Of a DNA stretch of 64,000 nucleotides, positions 28,824 to 37,775 are shown piece after piece. The stretch is from contig JAZRGT010000099.1 in the NCBI GenBank assembly GCA_045644325.1, positions 11,152 through 75,151 of the forward strand, written 5' to 3'. The translations under genes were made by a program, and so were the position numbers. How positions within the stretch are numbered: the first letter of the stretch is position 1; every line of letters starts with the position of its first letter. Origin of the DNA: Eubacteriales bacterium (GTDB taxonomy: Bacteria > Bacillota > Clostridia > Oscillospirales > CAG-272). The notes beneath the pieces are model-generated. The model made no database searches, was not told where the DNA came from, and worked only from the letters and a program-made list of their open reading frames with translations.

Positions 28824-30026
28824 TTACTGTGCAGCAATAATACCGTCGATAATAAGATCGAAGTAAGGAGCGGAACGCTTGCCCTCAGCGGACTCGTTGA
28901 AGTAACCGTTGAGAACAACCTCAGTCTCACCTACAAAATCGCCGAGATCGTCAACGTCAGCAAGATAGGACTCGAGCTTCGCGCCGTTTACGGTGAAGGT
29001 GTTAGTATCGAATACGTGGAGAGTTCCTGCCTTGAAAGCTTCGATAGCTGCATTCATAGCCTGCTCGGTGCCGGGAGCTGCGAGAGCGGTGTTGAGCTCG
29101 GTAAGAACTACGGAGCCTTCCTTGAAACCGCCGCACCAGTCGTAGGGAATCTCATTGCCCTTGCCGTCGCGGGTCTTCTCAATGATGAGCTTCATATAAG
29201 GAGTCCAGTCGATCTTGGAAGAGATGAGCCAAGTGTTGGGAGCGATGTCCTTGGTACTGATGTTGTAAGCAACGTTGGGAACGCCTGCTGCGTCACAAGC
29301 CTTGGGAGCACCCTCGGAGTCAGCGTGCTGGGAGATAAGTACGCAACCGTCGCCGATAAGCTTTTCAGCTGCAGTCTTCTCAAGTGCGATATCGAACCAG
29401 GAGTTAGTGTATTCAACCTTCATGGTAGCAGAGGGGCATACAGAGCGTGCGCCGAGGAAGAAGGAAGTGTATCCGGACTTAACCTCTGCGTAGGGCCAAG
29501 CTGCAACGTAACCGATAACAGCCTGCTCTGCGGTGATCTCGCCCTTAGCGATCATATCGTTGAGCTTCATACCTGCAACGATACCTGCGATGTAACGGCC
29601 TTCGTAGATGGAAGCAAAAGCGTTGTGGTAGTTAGCGAGCTTTTCGGTGTGAGCCTTGGTACCGGTAGCGTGGCAGAACTGAACATCGGGGAATTCCTTA
29701 GCTGCCTGGATCATGAATGCCTCGTGACCGAAGGAGTCAGCAAAAACGAGATCACAACCTGCTTCAACGAGCTCGCAAGCCGCGTCGTAGCACTCTGCGC
29801 CTTCAGGTACGTTAACCTTAAGGATCATCTGATCCTCGGTAAGACCGAGAGCCGAGCAAGCCGCCTTAGCTGCGTCGATGAAGTTCTTGTCATAGGTGGA
29901 GTTCTCATCGTGCAGGAAGATGAAGCCTACCTTGAAGGCATCATCAGTCTTTTCGCAAGATGCGAACGCGATGGTGACGGAAAGGAGCATAAGAACTGCG
30001 AGAATGAGTGACAGTGCTTTTTTCAT
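28824..30026 (-). CDS. BMP-family (Med/PnrA-like) ABC substrate-binding lipoprotein
   Basis: Signal peptide with lipobox AFASC. Start set at the ATG at 30026, 6 nt after GGAGG; the track ATG at 30038 overlaps the SD. Confidence 0.85.
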   Translation of the reverse strand: MKKALSLILAVLMLLSVTIAFASCEKTDDAFKVGFIFLHDENSTYDKNFIDAAKAACSALGLTEDQMILKVNVPEGAECYDAACELVEAGCDLVFADSFGHEAFMIQAAKEFPDVQFCHATGTKAHTEKLANYHNAFASIYEGRYIAGIVAGMKLNDMIAKGEITAEQAVIGYVAAWPYAEVKSGYTSFFLGARSVCPSATMKVEYTNSWFDIALEKTAAEKLIGDGCVLISQHADSEGAPKACDAAGVPNVAYNISTKDIAPNTWLISSKIDWTPYMKLIIEKTRDGKGNEIPYDWCGGFKEGSVVLTELNTALAAPGTEQAMNAAIEAFKAGTLHVFDTNTFTVNGAKLESYLADVDDLGDFVGETEVVLNGYFNESAEGKRSAPYFDLIIDGIIAAQ

Positions 30027-30079
30027 GGTTTCCTCCATAAAATAATAATGAAAAATTTATTTGCAGCACTTAGTGCCGA

Positions 30080-30120
30080 AAATACAAAATCGGGAAAAGA
30101 AGCCTCCGACTCTTTTCCCG
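30080..30120 (-). terminator. Expression-platform terminator of the purine riboswitch
   Basis: Stem CGGGAAAAGA/TCTTTTCCCG, then ATTTTGTATTTT on the minus strand, 54 nt upstream of the SBP start. Confidence 0.8.
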
Positions 30121-30136
30121 TTAAAAACTTTTATGG

Positions 30137-30204
30137 GCTTATAGTCGGATGATTTACGGCTATCCGGTAGAGACTTTCTGACCTTATTACAGATTTATAT
30201 AAGC
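30137..30204 (-). ncRNA. Purine riboswitch aptamer, guanine class (C at the discriminator position)
   Basis: Minus strand reads GCUUAUA-UAAAUCUGUAAUAAGGUCAGAAAGUCUCUACCGGAUAGCCGUAAAUCAUCCGAC-UAUAAGC. P1/P2/P3, the J2-3 element UCUCUACC, the L3 element CCGUAAAU and GAC before the P1 3' strand all match the B. subtilis xpt G-box. Confidence 0.9.
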
Positions 30205-30222
30205 TAAAACAAATACGAATAT

Positions 30223-30251
30223 ATTATACCAATTTTTATGTCAAAAGTCAA
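30223..30251 (-). promoter_or_regulatory. Consensus sigma-A promoter of the riboswitch-controlled nucleoside ABC operon
   Basis: Minus strand reads TTGACT, 17-nt spacer, TATAAT. Confidence 0.75.
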
Positions 30252-30312
30252 CAGTTTTTCACAAAATATTCCGCATTTAGTCAAAATCGCAACACACGGT
30301 TAAAAAATGCTT

Positions 30313-32634
30313 CTATTTTTCTCCGCCGAAATCCAACTCCGCTATCTTTGCATTTACCGTCACACGGTCTAGCGGAACGGTCGCTTCGGGAGAAACGATA
30401 AAGCCGTACTCTTCACCGAATATATATACCCGTGGCGTGCTGCCGAGAGGTAAGTCAAATACTTCTTTATTGACAGGTCCGTGAGCGCCTACAAGCACGG
30501 CATCACTTTGCGATGCGAGCTCTTCAAGCTTATTTTCAAAGCATAAGCCATCCTCCCACGACGATGCTGAAAGATAAGTAACCCGCTTTTTACCGTCGGA
30601 GATTGACAGATACGTTACCGGATGTGTTGAACGCTCGATTCGGGTGATACGCGGATATGTAAGAGTTATGCCATTGGCAATTTCGACCTCTCCTTCGGGA
30701 GGAATGACACGTACAGCCACGCCGGATTTTTGAAGTATATCTGCTATCTGCACCATTATCCACGCTTCGTCCTCGGTTGTCGGATACGGAAGAAGGACAA
30801 GCCCTACCTTCTCCTCCGCGGTAAAACGTGAGATCGCCGAAACATGGCGATTGTGATAATGCGTAAGGATCACGGTATCAAACTCAGTTGCCCCGTTTTC
30901 CTGTGCCAGATTTGCGATCGTACGCAATCTTGTGTACGATCCGTCCGAAACATCGATCAGCACGTTTTCTTCCCGTAGCTGTAGGAAAATATTTTCATCG
31001 CTGCCGGTACTGATGCAAGTTAATTGCGCGTTTTGAGGCAACGCCGCAGCGGCGATCAAAGAAATTACTATCAATACTATAGGATAAAACGCCGGAATGA
31101 CAAGCAAAATCTCTTTTCGTTTGATTTTAATTAGCAAGGCGGCAACAAGGATCACCGTGAAGATCATTACCGTCGATACCACACCGCGCGACGTCAGAGA
31201 AACAGATGCGCCGGGGATATCCGAAATTCTTTCGGCGACTTCAAGTATTATTTCCGAGCACACCCTGACAGCATATACAAGTCCCTCTCCGATATACGGC
31301 ACTTTTCCGAATATCAAGCAAAGAAGTGACGAGACAAGCATCGGCGCGCCGAGGGGCGCGAGTATCAGATTCGAAATCAATGCATATCGGGACGTTTCAT
31401 CAAACATATATACCGACGGAAGTAGTGTCGCAGAAACGGCGCAAAGAGTCGTCATAATTACCGCAAGCAAGCTCCACAAAATCTTGCCGATCCTTTTATT
31501 CTTCTTCTCTTCCTTTTCATCTTCATTTCTGAATTTTCGAGGGAGTAAAGTAAAGGTGGGCAAAAATGCGGCTATACCGAGCGTGGCGCAGAACGATAGG
31601 ATAAAGCTTTTATCAAAAACAGAGGTTGGACTTATCAAAACAATCATCGCCGCCGCTAAGCCAAGCGAATTCAGCGTATCCGAATTATCTCCCATCGAAT
31701 ACGCGAGGAAAACCACAGTCAGCATAGTGACCGATCTGACAGCGCTTACGGAAAAACCGAGTACGAGCAGGTATCCGAGCGAAAATAGGATAAGTAATGC
31801 GTTTCTCAAGCCTCGTTTGATGCGTAGATTGATCAGAAACAGCGAAATGAGTCCCGTTATTATAGACACGTGAAGTCCGCTTACGGCGAGGTAGTGAGAG
31901 ATTCCCGCTCGGCTGAAATCGCGGTACATTTCGGATGTTAGGGATTCTCTGTCGCCGAGAAGCATTGCGGCAGAAAGTCTTCCCGCATCACCTCGAACCG
32001 TATTTATCAGTTTTGCACAAAGATAAGAATTAACTTTATCAAGTCTGTCGGACAAAGTATAATTGCCTTCGGAAAGAATATGGCAATCCGTCTCGCTGTA
32101 GGAGGTTATGTAGAGGAAAATCTCATCCGCCATAAAGGATGCAGCCTCGTTTTCGGCAAGGCGTAGGGTATATTCAACGTCTGCGGAACGAAGAACGAAT
32201 TCGTAGCCAACCTGAAGATCCGAGTTATATTCGCAATTAAGTATAGCTTTTCCGTCATAGCTGATGCCATCGACCGATCTTATACGAACAACGTATACCG
32301 TATAATAATCGCCGGAGCCATATCTTTCCGCAACGGTAGCGTGTACGTACGCTTTCTCTGCGCAAAGAGCTTCCGCTTCCGGCGCTGTTCTGTAAAAGAC
32401 CTTTACTCCTTGCATCCACGCAGTCAGAAAAACAGCAAAAACCACTATGATCGAAAAAGCTCTGTACGGCTTTACAATTCCAAAAGCAAGAAGCACGATA
32501 CACAGTGCAACAATCAGAAACGACACGGCGATTATAAGAACGTTTACAGACAAAGTCCAATAAAAAGCGGCGAGGATGGCTACGACCGCCAGAATCCCCG
32601 CCGCAATTCCCGGTCTTCCACCGAAAATATTCAT
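30313..32634 (-). CDS. comEC: ComEC/Rec2 DNA internalisation channel protein
   Basis: 773 aa with an N-terminal DUF4131-like region, a polytopic competence domain (SGLHVSII motif), and a C-terminal MBL-like domain carrying a degenerate THYHNRH motif. Confidence 0.85.
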   Translation of the reverse strand: MNIFGGRPGIAAGILAVVAILAAFYWTLSVNVLIIAVSFLIVALCIVLLAFGIVKPYRAFSIIVVFAVFLTAWMQGVKVFYRTAPEAEALCAEKAYVHATVAERYGSGDYYTVYVVRIRSVDGISYDGKAILNCEYNSDLQVGYEFVLRSADVEYTLRLAENEAASFMADEIFLYITSYSETDCHILSEGNYTLSDRLDKVNSYLCAKLINTVRGDAGRLSAAMLLGDRESLTSEMYRDFSRAGISHYLAVSGLHVSIITGLISLFLINLRIKRGLRNALLILFSLGYLLVLGFSVSAVRSVTMLTVVFLAYSMGDNSDTLNSLGLAAAMIVLISPTSVFDKSFILSFCATLGIAAFLPTFTLLPRKFRNEDEKEEKKNKRIGKILWSLLAVIMTTLCAVSATLLPSVYMFDETSRYALISNLILAPLGAPMLVSSLLCLIFGKVPYIGEGLVYAVRVCSEIILEVAERISDIPGASVSLTSRGVVSTVMIFTVILVAALLIKIKRKEILLVIPAFYPIVLIVISLIAAAALPQNAQLTCISTGSDENIFLQLREENVLIDVSDGSYTRLRTIANLAQENGATEFDTVILTHYHNRHVSAISRFTAEEKVGLVLLPYPTTEDEAWIMVQIADILQKSGVAVRVIPPEGEVEIANGITLTYPRITRIERSTHPVTYLSISDGKKRVTYLSASSWEDGLCFENKLEELASQSDAVLVGAHGPVNKEVFDLPLGSTPRVYIFGEEYGFIVSPEATVPLDRVTVNAKIAELDFGGEK

Positions 32635-32657
32635 ATAAGAATTACCTTAAAATTAAT

Positions 32658-33539
32658 TTATATTTCTTCCGAATCGTGACGCTTGAATCCCTCTCCGAAT
32701 ACCGCAGTTGCATTCGTTACGATCATAAACGCGCTATCGTCAACCTGCTTTACGACGTCGCGTGCCTGGGGAAGAAGTTTTGCGCGCATAACGACCATAA
32801 GGATATCAAAATCCTTGCCGCTGTAAGCACCGTTGCCGTGGAAGAACGTCGCGCCGACGTCAACCTCCTTCAACAATCTCTGTGCAATTTCTTTGTTTTG
32901 GGCGCTGATGATATATATCATTCTCGCACCGTCGCCGCCGTAGAGAACCTTGTTAACGATCACACCCTGAAGCATAAGAGCAATTCCGGCGTAGATCATA
33001 ACCTCGAGATCCTTAAAGACAATTCCCGAAATAAGGCAAACGCATCCATCGACTACTCCGAAAATAATTCCCGTAGGAAGATGGCGCCATTTAAGGCGAA
33101 GCAGCTTTACTATAACGTCAGTGCCGCCCGTGGTTGCTCCGGTTCTGAAAACGATTCCCACACCCGTACCTACGAGCACCGCTCCGCCGACCGAGGCAAG
33201 CAAAAGATCGCTTGTAAGCGCGCCTACAAGCGCACCAAGAGCATCAACCGCAACGGATGAAACAAGAACAGCATACATCGTAGAAGCAAGAAACTTAAAT
33301 CCGAATTTATAAGTTCCGACGATAAGTATAGGTACGTTGATAAGAGCTATCAACGTACCCGTGGGGATTACGTCGATAAACTTCGTTATAATGATCGCCA
33401 CACCCGATATACCGCCGGGCGCGATACTGTTCGGATCGAGAAAGCACGCAACACCTGCGGCGAATATAAGTGAGCCGAGCGTGAGCATAAAAAGGTTATA
33501 AAGTATACGTTTCAGTTTTTTTCTTTTCATTTTAAGCAT
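32658..33539 (-). CDS. YitT-family membrane protein with C-terminal DUF2179
   Basis: Two repeats of the YitT TM module (GGISG, GGTD motifs) and a soluble C-terminal domain. Confidence 0.75.
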   Translation of the reverse strand: MLKMKRKKLKRILYNLFMLTLGSLIFAAGVACFLDPNSIAPGGISGVAIIITKFIDVIPTGTLIALINVPILIVGTYKFGFKFLASTMYAVLVSSVAVDALGALVGALTSDLLLASVGGAVLVGTGVGIVFRTGATTGGTDVIVKLLRLKWRHLPTGIIFGVVDGCVCLISGIVFKDLEVMIYAGIALMLQGVIVNKVLYGGDGARMIYIISAQNKEIAQRLLKEVDVGATFFHGNGAYSGKDFDILMVVMRAKLLPQARDVVKQVDDSAFMIVTNATAVFGEGFKRHDSEEI

Positions 33540-33636
33540 TTCATTTCTCCGAGAATAATCTTATAATATTTTACCACGAAGTCGGAAAATAATCAACCGA
33601 AATTCAGAAATTTCTTTAAATTTAGCGAAAAAAGTC

Positions 33637-33665
33637 TTGAAGAATGTCGTAAAAAAGTGTATAAT
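33637..33665 (+). promoter_or_regulatory. Sigma-A promoter of the stand-alone MBL gene
   Basis: TTGAAG, 17-nt spacer, TATAAT. It coincides with the track ORF start, so the true start is 33694. Confidence 0.65.
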
Positions 33666-33693
33666 TTATTATATACAATTTTTGGAGGATATA

Positions 33694-34638
33694 ATGGCGG
33701 ATAAAAACAAAAATAAAAATAAGAAAATAAAGCTTACTCCGATATCGGTGATCGTTATCCTGCTGATCTGCGCTCTGCTTTATATGATCTCGCTTTACAT
33801 AGATATGGTGAACGCTCCTCCCGAGGATTCAAGTTCGAGCTCAACTTCAGGAATAACCGTCAGCGGTGGCGTGCTCGGCGAGGTCGAATATCACTTTATC
33901 GACGTCGGTCAGGGCGATGCAACGCTGATACGCACGCCCGAGGGGGACATTCTCATTGATGCGGGAGAAAACAGCGCGGAGGAAGATCTTAAGAACTATC
34001 TCGATCTTTGCGGTGTTGAAGTCCTCTATTATGCGGTATTTACTCATCCCGACTCCGACCACATAGGCGGTGCGGACATGGTGCTTGCCGAATACGAGGT
34101 TCTCAACGTCATCAAGCCCGAGCTCGAAAAGACCACCAAAGTTTATACGAGAATGATGGAAGCGATCGCTGCGGAAGGTTGTACGGTTTACAACGCTCTT
34201 CCCGGAGAGACCTACTCTCTCGGAGAATTTGATATGTTCGTTTTCGGTCCCGACCCGAACAACAAAAAGCTTGACTCAAATAACTCCTCTATAGTTATCA
34301 AGGCAACTTGGGGCGACACAACGGCTATGCTCACGGGCGACGCCGAGGAGCCCGCAGAGGAATCAATTCTTGCAACCTTCTCTGCCGACGATCTTGGTTC
34401 TATGCTTCTCAAAATGGGACACCACGGCTCAAAGACCTCATCGAAAGATGCGTGGCTTGCGGCGGTAAGACCGAGCATTGCCATAATCTCCTGCGGAAAG
34501 GACAACTCTTACGGTCATCCTCACGCAGAAGCACTTGCGCGTATCACTCCTTACGTTGGCGAAAGTATATACCGCACCGACGAGCTCGGAAGTATTGTTT
34601 TTGTTACGGATGGAGAGGAATTTGTTTATCAGAATTAA
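33694..34638 (+). CDS. Membrane-anchored ComEC-type metallo-beta-lactamase-fold hydrolase
   Basis: N-terminal TM helix, IDVGQGDA, THPDSDHIGG, GDAE and MGHHGSKTSS motifs typical of the ComEC C-terminal domain family. GGAGGA RBS. Confidence 0.8.
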   Translation: MADKNKNKNKKIKLTPISVIVILLICALLYMISLYIDMVNAPPEDSSSSSTSGITVSGGVLGEVEYHFIDVGQGDATLIRTPEGDILIDAGENSAEEDLKNYLDLCGVEVLYYAVFTHPDSDHIGGADMVLAEYEVLNVIKPELEKTTKVYTRMMEAIAAEGCTVYNALPGETYSLGEFDMFVFGPDPNNKKLDSNNSSIVIKATWGDTTAMLTGDAEEPAEESILATFSADDLGSMLLKMGHHGSKTSSKDAWLAAVRPSIAIISCGKDNSYGHPHAEALARITPYVGESIYRTDELGSIVFVTDGEEFVYQN

Positions 34639-34647
34639 AGTAAAGAG

Positions 34648-34678
34648 AAAACCGAGCGGTTCAGAACCGCTCGGTTTT
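34648..34678. terminator. Bidirectional terminator
   Basis: Perfect 13-bp stem AAAACCGAGCGGT/ACCGCTCGGTTTT with a 5-nt loop. Confidence 0.85.
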
Positions 34679-34684
34679 GTACTA

Positions 34685-35497
34685 TCATTCAAGGTTGAGT
34701 TTTTTGGTCATAATTCTATGTGTAACTAACCAGTATACTGCAGCAAGAGCCGTGCTGATCACTATTGCTCCGCAAAGGTATATATGTATTGCAATAACGG
34801 AGTTGGCTTGGAGCAAATTTACGATAGCGTCAAGTGCACCCGCCATTTCGAGGACCGTTATGATTATGACAGTTGCTGTAGAAATCATCTGGCTTGCAAC
34901 GTAATATATAAAGTAAGCCACGAAAGCCATCAAAATTCGATTCTTCTTGGCCATCTGACCAACCGTTATACAAGTATAGTACAAAAGAGTGCCGGAGACC
35001 GCAGAAAGAATGAATAATAAGATCGCCTCAATAATGAACGCTACCGCATTTGCCGCACCGTACAGCGAAAAAAACGTGCGCAGAGCATTGCCGATTTCTC
35101 TGACCAACTGCACAAAAAGCTCGCCGGAGATTGCAATAGCCACGGTTAAAATAACCGTCACAACGCATATTGCCTCACATACGATAGTTGCCAAAAGTTT
35201 TACGAAAATATGCTCCGAATTGGTTACGGGAAGAGTAAACGTCAGATATCCCTCGGAGGAAAACAAATTTTTGTAAAAACGAACGACTGAAACAACCCAA
35301 GAAAGCATAATGAGCGCCACGCATGCTACGATTAGCATAAGTACGGACGAAGAGGTCGCGAGCTTGCTTATTACGCTGCCATTGTCCAAGAGGATAAAAA
35401 TTTTCGTCACGACTCCGACTGCCAAAACTATCGGCAAAAACATACCGAATGTGCGGAAATAATACACAAATTCGTGTTTAAGAAGCTTTTTTACCAT
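34685..35497 (-). CDS. ABC-2-type transporter permease (YtrA-operon-like)
   Basis: Six hydrophobic helices; overlaps the upstream ATPase gene by 7 nt. Confidence 0.65.
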   Translation of the reverse strand: MVKKLLKHEFVYYFRTFGMFLPIVLAVGVVTKIFILLDNGSVISKLATSSSVLMLIVACVALIMLSWVVSVVRFYKNLFSSEGYLTFTLPVTNSEHIFVKLLATIVCEAICVVTVILTVAIAISGELFVQLVREIGNALRTFFSLYGAANAVAFIIEAILLFILSAVSGTLLYYTCITVGQMAKKNRILMAFVAYFIYYVASQMISTATVIIITVLEMAGALDAIVNLLQANSVIAIHIYLCGAIVISTALAAVYWLVTHRIMTKKLNLE

Positions 35498-36189
35498 TTG
35501 AAGACCTCCCTGAAGAGTGCGTCAACGCTCATTCCCCTATCCTCGCGTATCTCATCTACAGACTTATGAAGCACTATCTCACCTTTATTGATGAAAATAG
35601 CTTCATCAAGCACGGGCTCGATATCGGCGATGATATGCGTCGATATGAGCACCGAGGCGTCGGGATTATAATTGTTGATGATGGTGGATATAACATAATC
35701 TCTCGTTGCAGGATCAACCGCCGCTATCGGCTCGTCGAGAACGTAAAGAAGCGCGTTACGGCTCATTACCAAAATCAGACAGACCTTTTCCTTATTACCT
35801 TTGGAAAGATTTTTCAGTTTTGCTTTTCTGTCTATACCGAGTCGGTCAAGCATTTGAAATGCCAGCTCCGGGCGAAAATCCTCATAAAAATCGCAGAACA
35901 AGCCTATGATCTGTTCGGCTGTCATCCACGAAGGTAAAAAATTATTGTCCGGAAGATAGGAAACTACCTTTTTGGTTTCCACGCCGGGTGTATTTCCATT
36001 AACAAGTATACTGCCTTCGCTCGGGGTAAGCAGACCGTTTATCAACTTAATAAGCGTAGTTTTTCCCGAGCCGTTTGGACCTAAGATTCCAATGATCTTA
36101 CCCGCTTCAATGGTAAGATCGACATTGTTCAATGCAAGTATGCTGCCGTATTTCTTTGTCAAAGCCGTACATTTAAGAAGATCGCTCAT
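35491..36189 (-). CDS. ABC transporter ATP-binding protein
   Basis: Walker A GPNGSGKTT, signature LSKGNKEK, Walker B LYVLDEP. Confidence 0.9.
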   Translation of the reverse strand: MSDLLKCTALTKKYGSILALNNVDLTIEAGKIIGILGPNGSGKTTLIKLINGLLTPSEGSILVNGNTPGVETKKVVSYLPDNNFLPSWMTAEQIIGLFCDFYEDFRPELAFQMLDRLGIDRKAKLKNLSKGNKEKVCLILVMSRNALLYVLDEPIAAVDPATRDYVISTIINNYNPDASVLISTHIIADIEPVLDEAIFINKGEIVLHKSVDEIREDRGMSVDALFREVFKW

Positions 36190-36563
36190 CGTTTACCTCC
36201 CTGATATTGATTAATATAATTGATAATATCATCCGCATTACACCCGAGCTGTGCCATTGATGCAATATACTCCTCGGTTTTACTCTTCCGAAGTGATTCA
36301 AGCTGCTCGGCAACAGCATCGACGTTTTCGTTCACATACCATCCCGAACAACGCACGGAATGGATAACTCCGCGGCGTTCAAGCTCCTCAAAGGATTTCT
36401 GGACCGTGTTGGGATTGACACCTGCCAAAAGCGCAATTTCTCTCACCGAAAGAAGCCTCTCGCCCGTTGAATATTCCCCGCTCGCCACGGCTACACAAAT
36501 GATCTCACAAAGCTGCGGACATATCGGACGGGATTTGTCAAGCGTCCAATTCATTTTGACCAC
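36186..36563 (-). CDS. GntR-family transcriptional regulator, YtrA subfamily (short)
   Basis: GERLLSVREIALLAGVNPNTVQKSFEELE winged-HTH signature, 125 aa, first gene of the GntR-ABC operon. Confidence 0.85.
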   Translation of the reverse strand: MVKMNWTLDKSRPICPQLCEIICVAVASGEYSTGERLLSVREIALLAGVNPNTVQKSFEELERRGVIHSVRCSGWYVNENVDAVAEQLESLRKSKTEEYIASMAQLGCNADDIINYINQYQGGKR

Positions 36564-36623
36564 TCCTTCTGTATTACTGTACTATTATTATAATACAATT
36601 TCTGCAATTTGTCAATAACTTTA

Positions 36624-36669
36624 AGTAAAAAAACATAAACCGCAGACGTTAAATCTGCGGTTTATGTTT
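36624..36669 (-). terminator. Terminator after the surface-protein gene
   Basis: Perfect 16-bp stem AAACATAAACCGCAGA/TCTGCGGTTTATGTTT followed by a U-run on the minus strand. Confidence 0.85.
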
Positions 36670-36681
36670 TATGATTGTTGA

Positions 36682-37659
36682 TCAGAAGCTTCTCTTCTTG
36701 GTGAAAGCTACTGCAAGAGACATTGCTGCGAGAGCAACTGCGATAACGGTGAAGATACCGTCGCCGGCGGAGGGAGCCTCGGGAACTACGGGGGTCTCTG
36801 CTACGGGAGTCTTGAGAGTTACTACGGGGCGTTCAGCTGCATCAATGGGAGCATTCGCCTTCTCTTCGGAACGGTAGCAAAGTCTTACGAGCTCGTTGTC
36901 CTTGGTGGAGGTGTAGGAGTAAACTACGGGAGCGCTGGTGAAGGTTCCTTCTTCGCCCTTAACACCGCTTGCGAATACCCAGTTCTCGCCATCCTTGGTC
37001 CAGGTGGAGAAAACAAGCGCGCTGTTGGAGCAGAATGCGGTACCGTTCTTGTTGGTATCGGTGAAGGTAACCTTGCTTCCTGCCTTGGGAACGACGATAA
37101 CGTCGGTGAAGGAGTAAGCAGAACCGCTTGCAACGATAGAACCGTCAGCCTTAACGTAACCGAAGTTCCAAACAACGTCGATCTTAGCGCCGTCTACGAA
37201 GATCTCCTCAAATTCGGGAGTCATATCAGCCTTCTGCTCGGAGCGGTAGGTAACGCGGATAGCCTGGTTATCCTCAGTGGTTACAAACTCATAGCTTCTG
37301 GAAGCTGCAACGCTGTAACCGGGAATATTGTTAGCTTCAAGATCAAGTTCAAACTCTTCGCCGTTCTTCTTCCAGAAGGAGAAGACGTAAGCTGCAGCGG
37401 ATGCGTAGCCGGATTTTTCGTCAGCGAAGGAGATGGTGGAGCCTGCAGGACCCATGTCTATAACGTCGGAGTAGGAATAGCTGCCGCCGTTGGGGTTGAG
37501 GACGTTGACGAATCCACTTGAGTTGGTGGAAGAACCAACGTAACCGAGCTGCCAGTTGGTAGCAACAATGGTTTCCTCATAGGATTCTGCGGAAGCTGTG
37601 AAAGCAGCTACGGAGAGAACCATTACGAGCGCAAGTGCGAGTGCAAAAATCTTTTTCAT
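36682..37659 (-). CDS. Secreted cell-surface protein with two tandem domains of about 125 aa and a C-terminal TM anchor
   Basis: Signal peptide ...FTASA-ES. Internal duplication (YSYSDVIDMGPAGSTISF / YSFTDVIVVPKAGSKVTF; IRVTYRSEQKA / VRLCYRSEEKA). Pro-rich linker, hydrophobic helix, KKRSF tail. Confidence 0.7.
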   Translation of the reverse strand: MKKIFALALALVMVLSVAAFTASAESYEETIVATNWQLGYVGSSTNSSGFVNVLNPNGGSYSYSDVIDMGPAGSTISFADEKSGYASAAAYVFSFWKKNGEEFELDLEANNIPGYSVAASRSYEFVTTEDNQAIRVTYRSEQKADMTPEFEEIFVDGAKIDVVWNFGYVKADGSIVASGSAYSFTDVIVVPKAGSKVTFTDTNKNGTAFCSNSALVFSTWTKDGENWVFASGVKGEEGTFTSAPVVYSYTSTKDNELVRLCYRSEEKANAPIDAAERPVVTLKTPVAETPVVPEAPSAGDGIFTVIAVALAAMSLAVAFTKKRSF

Positions 37660-37695
37660 TAGATAAAAATTCCTTTCTGAATTTTAGATAAGATA

Positions 37696-37724
37696 AATAT
37701 ACCACAAAATGAGGTGTTTGTCAA
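37696..37724 (-). promoter_or_regulatory. Sigma-A promoter of the surface-protein gene
   Basis: Minus strand reads TTGACA, 17-nt spacer, TGgTATATT. Confidence 0.7.
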
Positions 37725-37775
37725 GGTTTTTTCATAAATACTTTGGTTTAATTTCACAAAAGATCTCCAAAAATA

